A DNA stretch of 64,000 nucleotides from positions 62,001 through 126,000 of the forward strand of contig CAJNYD010000407.1 of assembly GCA_905331295.1 (NCBI GenBank), in the 5' to 3' direction. Position numbers and translations under genes: made by a program. This DNA is from Rotaria socialis. Taxonomy: Eukaryota. This document shows positions 15,029-31,720 of this stretch, piece after piece. The notes under the pieces were generated by a model, which saw only the letters and a list, made by a program, of their open reading frames with translations, was not told the origin of the DNA and searched no databases. Every line of letters begins with the position of its first letter. Position 1 is the stretch's first letter.

Positions 15029-16741
15029 TTACATATCTTCAACACTCCATAAATAAGCTTCTTGAGATTTAGCATGTCGATTAGCAATTGATTCAAATAG
15101 TTTCTTTTCGTAGCCATTCGATCGATCAACGCCATCCCATCGGTGACCAGGCCAAATATCGAATCTAAATATAGATTATATGCTACATAAAATAAAATAC
15201 TAAATGATTTATTTTTATACCTATTCTTTTGAGGATCAGGCCCTCTGTAACGAGGTTTAGCTGGAGCACTATTACTATTATTAGTTCGATCACCTGTATC
15301 AGAAGTTTTATTGGAAAGATATTTGAGCATTGGATCATCTAGTAATAAAAAGATTTGACATTTTTAATTGAAAATTTCAAGAATATATCGAATGTATTTA
15401 CCTTCACGTTCTCGTTGTTTAAGCATAGCATCCAGATCTGTATCATCGCGATAACGTGCCAATGGTTTTGCTGCTAGCTCTAAATAATCCTTCACAGAAT
15501 CTTCTGCTTGTTGTACTTGAGCTAAACCACGACCCCATTTTTGATATCGTTCTGCTAGTTGTTCTTTATGTTCAGCTAAACGTCGTCGTTCTGATTTAGC
15601 TGGCTGAGATGGTGCGGACGGAAAAGATTCTTGCTTTAGTCTATCATGTTTTGACGATGATGATGTTTCTTCTTTTGGTTGACGACTCTGTACTGGTGAT
15701 TGCGATCTTTCTTGGCCAGAATGACGATCATTTCTACGGTGGGAATGTGAAGATTTATCTCGGCGTCTTGGAGGATTTGCTTTATCATCATCGTCATCAT
15801 CTCGTGATCGTCTTTTGTGATGAGAAGATGTATCACGCTGTTTTAATGAATTTGAATTATCATTCGAATTGGGTTTTCGACGAGGAGGTGAAGAATTATC
15901 AAGTTTTCGTCGTGGTGGACTAGGGTCATCATCTGATTGACGTTTTCTTCTTCGAGATGAAGAGTCATCATGTTTTTTTCGCGGCGGAGATGAATCCCGA
16001 CGTCGTGGAGGAGATATATCAGCATCATTTTGGTACTGTTTGTGGCGTGTTCGACTTGAATCGTCATTGGATTTCTGCTTGCTTTTTGTAGGAGACGGTT
16101 CGTCATATTTTATTCGCGGTGGAGATGGATCACGTCGTCGTGGTGGACTTATATCATCGTCAGATTGACACCTTCTTCGAGGAGGAGATGGATCACTATC
16201 GTTTTGATAGTTTTTTCTTCGTGTTGCAGCAAAATGAGAATTTTCATTTTTCCTTGGCGGACCTCTATCGATATCTGGATCACTATCATCAGATGAATTT
16301 TGTTTTTGGCGAGAATTTACCGATGAAGATATTTTTGTTGATTTCGGTTGAGGTCCTATAGTATCAGGCTCTGATATTTCTTCAAAAGCTGCTGTACGCC
16401 AACGCTTCGCATCATTAAAACGTTCTTTTTCACGTACATTCGATGGACGTTCATCAATAACACCTGAATGTATTAATGAAAGTTAGAAAAATTTTCATCT
16501 TTAACTTGAAAAACAAATTCATACCGACAACAGTTGGAGCATCTTCAAATGAAACAATTTCATTAGCAGCTATAATTTCAAGTTTTTCTGTTGCACCCCA
16601 CGGTACTGGTGCATCGTCATCGATAATACGCACATGTCCCGGATCGTTTGATTTTGATTTTGATTTTTTATCTTTGCTTTTTTTTTTCGGTTGTAAAGTT
16701 GATTCAATTTTAAATCCTTTACGATCAGCTAATTGATTCAT
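15029..16741 (-). CDS. BUD13: BUD13 homolog (RES complex pre-mRNA splicing factor)
   Basis: Exons 16741-16525, 16463-15402, 15338-15221, 15164-15029. N-terminal VRIIDDD, central SPPRR-type repeats, C-terminal DDPM...NRFDIWPGHRWDGVDRSNGYEKK...AYLWSVEDM*, the Bud13 signature. Confidence 0.93.
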
Positions 16742-17179
16742 ATCTTAAAATTGAAATGGAAAAAAGTTTTTAATTAGTTTTTGGTTCTTATGTGTCAAAT
16801 GAAAAATAAATGAAATGACTAACATCCCCTCTCATGCTACAATAAACATCATGGATAAAGTAAAGTGTCTAAATTGCAAAAGTTATCATAGAGAAAAGAA
16901 AATGTTATTGCACGTAATTACGACATATAATGGGTCTAAAGAAAAAATTAATACGACATACATCGGATCACAAATGTGGTTTGTTCTTATTTGATTAGAT
17001 GAACAAAAGAAAAAGAACACGCTAAATAATGTTAAGAAAAGAAAGAACCATTAGAATGACACTCAATTAAAAAGAGAAAAAATAAAATCGAGTCTACAAG
17101 ATAATGATTGCGATAAAAATGGAAACATCGACAAATGATAACAACACAGAATGCATATAAATATCGTGGAAATTCGAAA

Positions 17180-20782
<3,603 letters not shown>

Positions 20783-20901
20783 TATTGTTTGTATGATGAC
20801 AAAAAAAAGATAATTAATCTAGAATGAAAATTAAGATTTTTATAAATCGTATTAACAATAAGTACAAAGAAAAAACAAATAATAATAACAAAATATGTAA
20901 A

Positions 20902-21708
20902 TTAAGTTTTTTTCTCTTTTTTTGTTTTCTTTGTTTTTCTTTTAGACAAATTCATTTCGTCTTGATCATCATTTAAATGGCCACTAGTCGATGATAAATT
21001 TGAATTAGTTGACAATGTTGGTGTGCTTGTTGTTCGATTAAGAATGCCAGCAACAGGTGTTGTTGTTTGCGGTTGAATAATAGGCGTTATATCAGCAGGC
21101 GCTTTTCGTTTAACATCCGGAGATACACGTGACGTTGGCTCATTGATAACGCGTTGAACTTGTGGTGAAGGCCCAGGTATTGGATTTGCGACTGGTAGAG
21201 GAATAAGTGCTTCTGTTGCTGGAGCTGTACGTGGTTCTTTTGGTGAACTTGTATATATTTGGTATAAATCAGGTAGTAATGGTTCACGATGTAGACGGAA
21301 AGCACTAAGTTGCTGTTCTGTAAGTGGAATAATTTCTTTGGAAATGATAGGACCAGCTAATAACGAGCGTAATGTTCCAACACCACCATGTACATCACCA
21401 GCAAACTGGCCTGCTTTATGTTGAGCTGTTTCAGCTAATGGTATATCAGTTAGAAAATCACTTAATGATGGTGGGATAGGTTGTTTAACATATTTATCAA
21501 AATCCCGACTCAAGCCTGAATGAACAATAAGATTGGTACTGCCAGTTGGTGGTGGTTCAAGTGGATAATGACATAAGAGATAGAATGGTGGTGATGGTCG
21601 TTGTGGTTGAGATTGTTGTTGTGATGAATCAGAATCAAGTATAAGAAGATCATCATGCGACATGTTTCCATTTGTTTTTGGCATATGATATGCTCCGACT
21701 AGACTCAT
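20902..21708 (-). CDS. MED19: Mediator complex subunit 19 (single coding exon)
   Basis: 268-aa ORF with PFYLL...TGSTNLI...LSDFL...LRSLL...FRLH motifs and a Lys-rich C-terminus, as in Med19. Confidence 0.85.
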   Translation of the reverse strand: MSLVGAYHMPKTNGNMSHDDLLILDSDSSQQQSQPQRPSPPFYLLCHYPLEPPPTGSTNLIVHSGLSRDFDKYVKQPIPPSLSDFLTDIPLAETAQHKAGQFAGDVHGGVGTLRSLLAGPIISKEIIPLTEQQLSAFRLHREPLLPDLYQIYTSSPKEPRTAPATEALIPLPVANPIPGPSPQVQRVINEPTSRVSPDVKRKAPADITPIIQPQTTTPVAGILNRTTSTPTLSTNSNLSSTSGHLNDDQDEMNLSKRKTKKTKKEKKT

Positions 21709-21949
21709 CTTATATATCTATTTTTATATATAAATATCTGAAATAAAAACAAGGGAATAAATGAACAATACATGACCTTTTTCTTTCTTTTTCGCAAGAG
21801 ATTTCAGCGACATAATTAAACGAGAAAAATCTGCATAAGGTGATTTTCACATGAAAAACGAAAGTTAACCAGTGCATAGGAAAATCTTCTTAAGAAAAAT
21901 GACAAAAATGTTTATTTGAAAGACTTAAAGTTTATATCTTGTTCATTGT

Positions 21950-24900
21950 TTATGATTGCACTTTTTCTTTTGCCTTTTCCTTTTCTTTTTCTTTCTGTGA
22001 ATTGATCACTGATGCTGAACGTTCATCTTTTCGTACATATGTACCAGTAAACACATATCCATGTTTTACTGCTGCATCAAAAGCTTGAGGTAATCCCGCA
22101 GCACCAAATTTATATGGAACGACTGGAAGTTTTTTCTGATCAATTTCAGTCAATATTGGATCAACAATACGCCATGCTTCTTGTAATTCATCTGAACGAA
22201 CAAAATTGATTCTTGAACCCATAAATACATCAAGTATTAAGCGTTCATATGCATCAGGTAATTTTACACCACGATATCGTTCATTGTAAGTTAAATCTAA
22301 TTCAGTTTCTTCAATACTATAACTCATTTCACCAGGTCGTTTTGTATTGACTTTAAGATAAATAGCTTCATCGGGTTGTATACGAACCACAAGTTCATCA
22401 CGAGCTAGTGGTGCTTTCGAGCCATTTTCATCAAACATTCCACCTGGTACATCACGAAATTGAATACGAATTTCAGCTTTTTTCTCATTTAATGCTTTGC
22501 CTGAAATTTAAAATATAAATGTGAGATTCTAGGAGAATTTTTTTCTACACGTTTCTTTATCGTAGAAACAAACATAACAGTTGATAAAAGAAACGTCATT
22601 TGTAAGCATGAAAACCTTTATACTGTTTAAACAATGATATATTCTTCAAGATAATTTTTTTTATCACAATCAACAATTGGAAAGAGAAAAAATAGAACGT
22701 CACTTCTTCTCATTTGAACGCATGATTTCTCATGATTGCATAACTACAATGGCACTCCGTTTAAAAATACTAGTTCATCTTGTATTGTCTTCTAAAAACT
22801 AGAGCTATTCTACTTATGGAATAGCTTTCGTTGTTGTAATCATGAATGATGCAATTAGAATCTAAGTTAATACCTGAACATTCTGCATGAAAGTCAAAAA
22901 AATGTTGGATTTTGAAAAAAACGAATAGATCCGTCAACTCGGAATAGGAAACTTCTACATCATTAGGGTAGTTCGAAGATTTATTTATCACTAGAACTAT
23001 TTTCTTCTCATAGTTTGATTGTTGTCGTCGGTAGATAGAATTTTTACAAGCACTCAATGAGAACAATATGCATAATTTAACTAAAACTTTTCTAATCGCG
23101 TTTTGTAATTTCAGTCGACTCTAACCAAAAATAGAATTTAAAATTTAATTCACTTCTAACATACGGGTGATATTTGTGCATACACTCACTTCAATGACTA
23201 GAATATTTAAAATAGTATTCGTCGAATGAATGAATGGATTGAAGATTGAAATTGTTGTCTATATTTGTAAATATTTGTTTTTAAGTCTAACTTCATTTTT
23301 CTCTATCTTTCCAGTTCTGACTTGTATGTTGCTTTTCTTTTCTTACATGATTAAACATTTTATTAAATGGTATTTTTAGACATATTTGTTGAACAAACAA
23401 GTAATTCAAGTTTTATCGAATAATGCAAATTGTTAGAATACCGAGAGAAATCATTGTTAAACTACTTTTAATTTAAGCTTTTCCGATAATTTCCCTGTTG
23501 AACAAGATGAATAATTAACCGACAAGTTTAGCAACGCAGCCATATGACTTAAAATTTGAAATTTATTTATATCCTCCGTTACTCTCATCAGATTAATTCA
23601 AAATACTGTACTTGAAAAATATCTTTTATTGCAGTCTACGTTATTGTTGAAATTTGTCAAGAGTGTCAATGTAAAAATAAAAACAGTACTGATAAATCTT
23701 CTGTGAATTTTATTATCGTTCTATTTTTTCTAGCAGAAAATACAAGTGTAAATGTGAAGTGTGATCTCAACCATTTTACTTCTCTGTAGGACAGATTCAG
23801 CAGTAAGTGTGAACATGACTATTTAAAAATAAGAAATAAAAATAGTCTATTTTTCACTTCTAACTATGACTGCAGGTAACAAATAGTATATTAATTTGAT
23901 ATTATTATTATGTACTGATATATTGCATCATAGACTGCCAAATAGGTGTCAGTGAAAATTGTGCATTAACGTCTATTGAGTAGAGAAAATTAGAACTAGC
24001 CAGAGGTGACCTTGCATACTAATTTTTTCGTTGTCTATTAGAGGTATACTTGTTTTCTGCCTCAAAACAGTCTCTTGTTTTCCTATGCTCTTCTATATTC
24101 ATTCTTACGGAACATACGTAGAATAAAACTATTAGCATCCGAATTATATTACTAGTGAATTAGATGTAACACGCTATAAAAATTCCTTAGAATTGAAATA
24201 ATACCTGCACGAAGTATAAAAGGCACACCATCCCAACGTTCATTGTTTATGTAAAGAATTGTTTGTGCATAAGTTGGTGTTGTGGAATCTTTTGGTACAC
24301 CTGCATCATCTAGGTAACCAAGTTGACGCTCACTATCTTTTGATTCTTTATCACCTAGATATTGTCCGATCACAACATTTTCTGATTTAATTGGCGCTAT
24401 ACAACGCAATACTTTCACTTTTTCATCACGAATATCTTCACCGGTTGTTGAACGAGGTTTTTCCATTGCAACAATCGATAAAATTTGCATTAAATGATTT
24501 TGAATCACATCACTTTAAATAAAAAAGATCATACTAATAAATTTTCTTTTTTTAATAACCAGTTAATCGAATCTTTCGACAATCAACAACAATGTAGATA
24601 TTAGATGAAAAAATGAAAAATCAGATTTTGAATCATTCTGCTCATAATCTAGCTTATGGATCGCTAAACATAATTAAAAGGGTTTTTTGTTCAACTTCTT
24701 AATCTATGGTGACAATGATGTTTCTAGGAAATGTAGACACTTTTTGGATCAATCGCAAAACAAGATTTGTTAGTTTGGAATATAAAACTAGGTCCGTCTA
24801 ACAAAAACTATATATTTTTTCTGAAAGCAGAACAGCGATTGTATTCATTTTGTAAAAAGAATCATTCTTATCTTTCTTTCTTCAGGAAAACTGATGTTTC

Positions 24901-26214
24901 AACTGACGTGAGATACAAAGTTAAGGGAGAAAACATGTTTTTTCGATTAGTCAAAAGTTTCGGTTGATTCTACATGAGCCCTAAAAAATTGATCAATCAT
25001 TATAAAGTTTCTTAATTTTCTAGCATACATTTCACTCGACTAAAACTAAAGGCAAGAATTTTTTGTGACTTCCTTATGAAACGCGAGAATTTTTACAGAA
25101 AAATAAATCAGTCACATTTACTATCTACACACATTGCAGTCAGAGACTGTTTACGGAACTCTATTGTTAACTTTCATCGTCAAAATAAGAAGTACATGCA
25201 TACCGAATAATACCAAATTCATCAAAATAACCACCACGTCCCTGTGTTCCAATATCTTCTTTGAAAATAATTTTCACTGCAGCAACAGAATCACGATTCC
25301 AAACTCGTGAAAATATTCTATTGGAAAATCGAAGTACCATTATATTCTGAACCATTTCTTTTCCCAAATAATGATCGATACGATAAATTTCTTCTTCTGC
25401 ATAAAATTTACTCAAGTGACCCGATAATATATTGGAACTTTGAAGATCTTTACCAAATGGTTTTTCAACAATTAAACGTACCCAACCAGGCCTAAAAAGA
25501 TGAAGAAAAAGCAATGAAACTAACTCATGCTAATTCTCTTACGCGCCGGGTCGACAATGTGTACTGATCAATTCTGACACACTTCCATAGACACTTGGTG
25601 GCAGCGCCAAATAGAAAAATCGATGAGCACTTGTGTGCTGTGAAATTTTGTTTGCTTCATGATTTAATTTATCAAAATCTTCAGATTTGTCATAAGAACC
25701 ACAAACATAGTGATTGAGTTCAAGAAATTTTTTATAAAGATCACGTTCATGATCGTGAACCTTAATGAATAAAATTATAAAAAAATTAATGTAAAATGAA
25801 AGTCCTAGTAGCTTACTTTCATATATTTATCAGCATTTTGGAATATTTTCTCGATTGTCAATTGACTACGAGCATAACCAACAAAACAAATATGTTCTGG
25901 CAAAAAACCATCACGATAAAGCCACCTATGAAAATAAACAAGAAACATATTTTATATTTATTTTGGATTCATGGCAGACCATAGTGTTGGATAGATTTTC
26001 TTTTTAGCTAGATCGCCCTTAGAAGAAGAAAATGTAAATAAAATATACTTTTTAAATTATGCGTGCATATTAAACATACAGATGCGCCAAAGACAAAAAA
26101 TACGAATGATTGAGGACAAGCTTCTGAATCGATTGAGGTAATTTGTTTACGCAAACGTTGATAAATGTAATCTGCTTTTTCTTTCGTCAAATTTTCTGAA
26201 GTAGTATTCATCAT
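21950..26214 (-). CDS. G6PD: Glucose-6-phosphate 1-dehydrogenase
   Basis: Spliced [93 protein letters not shown] motifs across exons. Confidence 0.97.
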
Positions 26215-27337
26215 AATTCTGATTCTGATCCTTTCTACTACACCGAAGAAAATTTTGAATATCTAACCCCGATAATGTTTCAGTATGGTTAGTTAAGAAC
26301 AGAGAATGAATAAATAAAGATCTGCTGCGGCATGTTGACGTAAAAACAAATCAGATAGTGCCTTATCTGTTGATATAAAAGTCTGACGAGAAACGCGAAT
26401 CAATGTCAAATGCACTAGTCGAAGCGACATCTAAAACTCATGAAAATGTTATAAAATAAACTAAAACATAAACATGATAATCAAAATATTTATTCATGTA
26501 TTTATTTTATTTTTAAGAAATGTCACTTTCAGAACAATGGTGGCGCTGTACTCTGATGAAATTTAAAAAATAACTGGGAAAAAATAACAATACAGAACTG
26601 CATGAGATCAGACAACACTTCTCTAACGTCAGATGTCGCTAAATTTATTTTCTTAGTTTAGGTCTTTTGCAAGAACTTAACACAACAAAAAAGCTACATC
26701 ATTGATATATATCCTAGATGTTAATAATTCAAGTTTTTTCACAACGATTTCTATTCTGATTGCATTATTAAATATTCTTGATTGTAGTGTTCACTATTAC
26801 TTCCAATGAGTCATGTTTATATAATGGCTGTATGGAGTAATAGACAGTTGACCAATAGAAATCAAGATTTTCTTATAATATTAATATTGTATTTTATATT
26901 TAACCAATAAGTATAATAGGTCCTTAACACTATTGGTATTTCAGAAGGATATCGATTTTTTTTCACAATATGAAACTATTTTCTACTAAAAAGAGTTTTC
27001 CAATAGTTTTCATATAGGGAGAATAGCTTTTGTCAGAATTTTGGTTGCTTAACAACGCCCATGAAAGATTTACTGTTAATGGCGATTATATCATAGGTCT
27101 ATATTTCTTTTCTTTTTGGTTTATAAGAATTAAATTTGACAAAAAATGCAAGTCACTAATCGAACAACTCGTCGTTATATCACACCACCAGTGAAAAATC
27201 AAACGGGGAATCGTTCGAACAGCAAAAAACATTCTAATACTCCAACAGTGTAAGAAAAAAAGAACATACATGCTTTATTAGCTACACAAAAGTAGTATTT
27301 TATCTCTGTCTGTAATAACTTTCTAAGAAAAAGAAAG

Positions 27338-29316
27338 ATGAATATTCTTTTGTTACCACCATTCATTGAAGATACTTACTCTATGGTTTGTTGTTTCATG
27401 TAAAGATGAGTTAATCATTCAGGTATTGGACAAAAGCATTATTCTAACTTAACATTTATAGAATCTGAAATATTTTTTTCTTGTGAATTTATGACAGTAA
27501 AAATTTAGAGAGCACTATATGCTATAAGTTGTTTCTTTAGATCTCACATTTCACCGAAGAAAATTGTAGATATACCAGTACCAAAATCAGACGAACCGTC
27601 AACATTAAAAAAGTGTGTTATTTTATTAACATCTGTTTATATTCACAATTTATGTACTGTAGACTAGTTGATCGTTTTCGTTATGAAGAACCTGAAGCTC
27701 GACCAGAGCGAGATTCGAAGAGTTTTGGTTTTTGGTGGTTACATGGTATAGGTTCAATTGAATTTGCTCTTTTTTAAATTTTTTTTCTTAAATTTTAGAT
27801 GAACTTAAAACAAATTATACGAATACTGAGGATAATGATGAAGTGAAATCAAATATTCCAGAGTTTATTGAAGTAAATTTATTTATTCCATGATAAAAAT
27901 CTACGATTAATAAATGAATGCTTTTCTCTTGTAGATATTCCCTTCGACAGATATTGATCAAGATTTAAATAAACGAGCATCGCTACTTCTCAACCAAACA
28001 TTTAGTGCTCAGTCATCTGATATAGGCCATGTGTCAAGTACAGGTATTGGTTCGACTCCGTCTACAACATTGACAGCAACAACGGCAACAAGTATTTTTC
28101 AACCGGTTGTTTATGAAAAACCAGCTAGACCAATGTTTACTCGAAACCGTACGAAAAACGAAATTATATTATGTAGAATATTTATTTATTTTTGATGAGA
28201 TTTTTTTAGTGGATTCTAACTTTAATTTTGTAAATAATGATGGAGACGATGATATTTTATATCAATGGCGTTTACGCAGACGATTAGAACAAGCACATAA
28301 TGACGAACCAATCACATTTCCAACGAGAGTAATTATCGATTACATTCTAATAGAACATATATCATAAGTCTTTTTTATAGATTAATAATCGAACTAATGT
28401 ATCTCCAGCACGTTTAATGTTACCTTCAGTACCCATCGAAATATCTACAGTACTTCCTCGTCGTACACCTTCTCCTCCAGCTACTAAGCCGTTATCACCT
28501 AAGCGAGAAGCACAACAATCAACAATCACAACTATCGAAACAGAACATGTAAAACAACTAGTTACAACTCCAATACCGATTCGACAATATTCAGAAGCAG
28601 CTACACAAACGATACAAGTATGTTGATGATTTCTGTACAGATAAACAAAAATTTTATCATTCATTCAATCATAGGATGCTTGTATTCAAACATCTTTAAC
28701 AATTGAAAATCATCTTTCTGCATCAACAGGCATTTCCAATGAAATAGATCTACGTCCAACACGTGATAATGATCATCAGTCATCTATTTGGCATCGTCCA
28801 CCACCACGTTCAAAATGTGAAATAACACGAACGTCATCACCATCACCTGTTAAACGTCATCATCATCATCATCATCATCATCAAAAATCGATGATAAATT
28901 CTTCAAATATTGTTCAATCTTCACAAGATAGTACATTAACACAAGTTACATCCATCGTGATTCATGATAGTAATAATAATAATAATAATAATACGGCTAA
29001 TCATGGTTCTATTAAAAACAATACTAGTATTGCTACGATGGATGATTTTCATGAACAACGACAAGGTATTTGTTCTAAACTAGTACAAGAGAGAGTATTG
29101 AATTTTATCTTTAGATAATGATGACGATGATGATGGCCATATTGATTATTTGAATGATGAAATATTGAATATATTAATAAGAAAACGAGACGAACTACTA
29201 GTAGCATTTCGGTGAGATTTAATAACATAGACTTTTTATATGTCAATATCGAACTATCATTTTTTTGTCTTATGTTTAGAGAAATTGAACAAAACTTGGG
29301 ACAATCGAAATTTTAA
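27338..29316 (+). CDS. PROSER3-like (proline/serine-rich protein 3) homolog; 5' exon structure uncertain
   Basis: Short conserved-looking blocks LVDRFRYEEP...ER...FWWL (27663-27745), DDDILYQWRLRRRLEQA (~28246-28296) and C-terminal NDEILNILIRKRDELL resemble PROSER3 as recalled. Reading frame is secure from 27541; I could not cleanly splice the candidate ATG at 27338. Stop at 29314-29316. Confidence 0.65.
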
Positions 29317-29588
29317 TGAATAGAAACTGTTTTGTTTTATGCTCAGTGTTATGTGTTATGTCAGATTTATATTAAATATTCTTTCCATTTATATATGAAT
29401 CTTAATAATCTGCTTTGCTTGCTATTTCATTCATAGGATTCTCATAAATTATGTGATATAAGAAGTAGGAGACTTCAATAGAGCACAATTTTTTTTGTAA
29501 ATGTCCATCCATGAATGTTACTCTTGACATTTGAAAGTAGATCAAAAGATTTAATTAAATATATCCTAATCGAAGGCCATTGTGGACA

Positions 29589-29596
29589 CTATAAAT
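29589..29596 (+). promoter_or_regulatory. TATA-like box upstream of the cytolysin D4-like gene
   Basis: CTATAAAT about 40 nt upstream of the ATG at 29632. Confidence 0.45.
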
Positions 29597-29631
29597 TTAG
29601 CCATCATATCAATTGTAATTTCTTAAAGAGG

Positions 29632-30097
29632 ATGAAGATACAATCTTATCTTTTGATTTTAGTCATCTTGACTACTATTTATTCGAGCAAGTTTTTGTTT
29701 ATTGAATTTTTTTGTTAATATTATTTAAATATTAATATAAATTTTAGCTGAAGGTTGGATTCGGATAAGAAATAAGGGTGGCTATGTTGCACGATTCTTT
29801 GTCGATTATCATGTGCCTAATACGGAAACAGCTTCGGGTTCTCATCTTCGATTGCCGATAAGATTATTTGAACAGACAATGTCATCGGGAAATTATCCAA
29901 TAGATCAAGCAAGAGTTATTGGCCCACCACGTAACGCAGTGTCGACTCGTATTCGTGTTGAGCGTTTTATATTCTATCCTTTTTTTGGTTGGTATTGGAA
30001 AGAAATATTTCGTGAAGAAATCCGCCCTCAAGATAGAGTTTGCTATGATATTTGGGGTACAACTATTCATCCAGCTTGGTCAAGTGTCAATTGTTAA
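29632..30097 (+). CDS. Small secreted protein (134 aa): signal peptide plus cholesterol-dependent cytolysin domain-4-like fold
   Basis: Exon 1 29632-29686 (MKIQSYLLILVILTTIYS), GC-AG intron 29687-29747, exon 2 29748-30097. Mature region GWIRIRNKGGYVARFFVDY...TRIRVERFIFYPFFGWYWKEIF...CYDIWGTTIHPAWSSVNC parallels perfringolysin D4 as recalled (GKINLDHSGAYVAQFEVAW...IRIKARECTGLAWEWWR...SIWGTTLYP). Confidence 0.85.
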
Positions 30098-31720
30098 ACA
30101 AAAGACATTAATAGAAACATTTTATGTGCACTATAGGTTTTAGTACAATGTAGCTTTATGTGGGAAGAAAGTCAAATAAAGCTTAAAGTTTATTAGTAAT
30201 ACGAAATTGAATAATTGGATTGAATGCTTGATTGAAATTGACATTTACGTGTAATACTATGCGTATGAACTGAAGCAATTTCATCAAAACAACTATTGGC
30301 GCACTAAAGAATATCAAAAGAAATAACAGGATGAGTCAAATTTATTGTTTAGTATTTAAATGTTATCGATAACAGTAGCCGCTTCATTTGATTCATCGGT
30401 TGATAATGTTCTTTTGAAATGAAAAAAGCAACCGTAATTGTGATCGTTTATATCAGAAATTGATTCATTAACTCTTTCCTATTAAGAGTTAACAGACACA
30501 AACAACTAATTGATAAAGTTGTCAATTACTACCATAGGAGAAATTTTATTTTGTAATTTGTTTCATTAAAAAGAAACAACGTTATTGATTTATTATTTAA
30601 TATATCGAAATATAGAGTAAGAAATTGACAAATATTTTATTCTGTATCATATGACGAACTTCATTATTTATTTTGTATTCTTATTCAGATCATCATGATA
30701 TTTTCTTTTACATATTGATGAAAAAAATGGATTCGATCGCTTTTATAAATTGAGCGGAAGAAAATAAATGATTGATTATAGCTATTTAACAACCCTAATC
30801 AGTTAAATATGACACATGAAATAATATCAAGATTTTATTACATCGCTAAAGGGTATCAGACACTTCAACAGTTGTAAAATAATGCTTAAAAAAGCTTTTA
30901 AAAATTGAAAATTCTTTTCTTTCCAACTATCATGCGATCATTTTATATTCTTTGTAGATTGCAAAGTTAACTTCTAAATGATTACTTTGAAAACAAAACT
31001 AATCTCTTTGTATTAGTTTGTTTCTCTATCCTCATTAAATAGTCGTTTGTTCAACCGTCGTAATTCTATAATCAATATATTTTAATCCATTTGATAACTT
31101 AATGAAATATTTATCTCTTGACTTAGACTGATTGATATGTTTTATTATTATTGAACAATATTGATTAGAATTATCTATGAGAAAATTTTCTTTCATTTTT
31201 AGTCTATTCAACTTTTGAATGCGACGATTACAATCGTTTAAGATTTGCGATAGATTAAAATTTAGTTGTGCTGAACTAATGATATAATTGTAGCCAAAAG
31301 ATCTAAAGAGCATCAAATTATGATGTATTATTATTCTATAGTTGCCTCAAAAAGAAAAGTTTGTTCTAGCTCACAAACTATGGTTGTAGCCATAACATGG
31401 GCACATTTTGAAAATCACAAGAAAGAAAAGGATAATTGTTTATGCATGCATATAAAAGTTAAATGTAGCTGTTTCAAAAATGGACAACGATGAAAATTGA
31501 GCGCTTACGCACAAAGTTTGTGAAAAACAAAAGAATTTCTTCATATACGTGAAAAATATAGAAAAAAAACAGAAGTAAAATGAACAAACATAGAGAAGAA
31601 TGGTAATATTTACAGAAAATGAAAAAAAACTTATGACCATTCAAGTGGAGAAAAATGAAAAAAACATGAAAAACTATTCAAATGTTTATAATTAGTTTTT
31701 GTCTCTATCTTTTGAAAAGC

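Noticed and set aside
15609..16361. Several ORFs on both strands in the track
   Set aside because: Shadow frames of the repetitive BUD13 exon 2.
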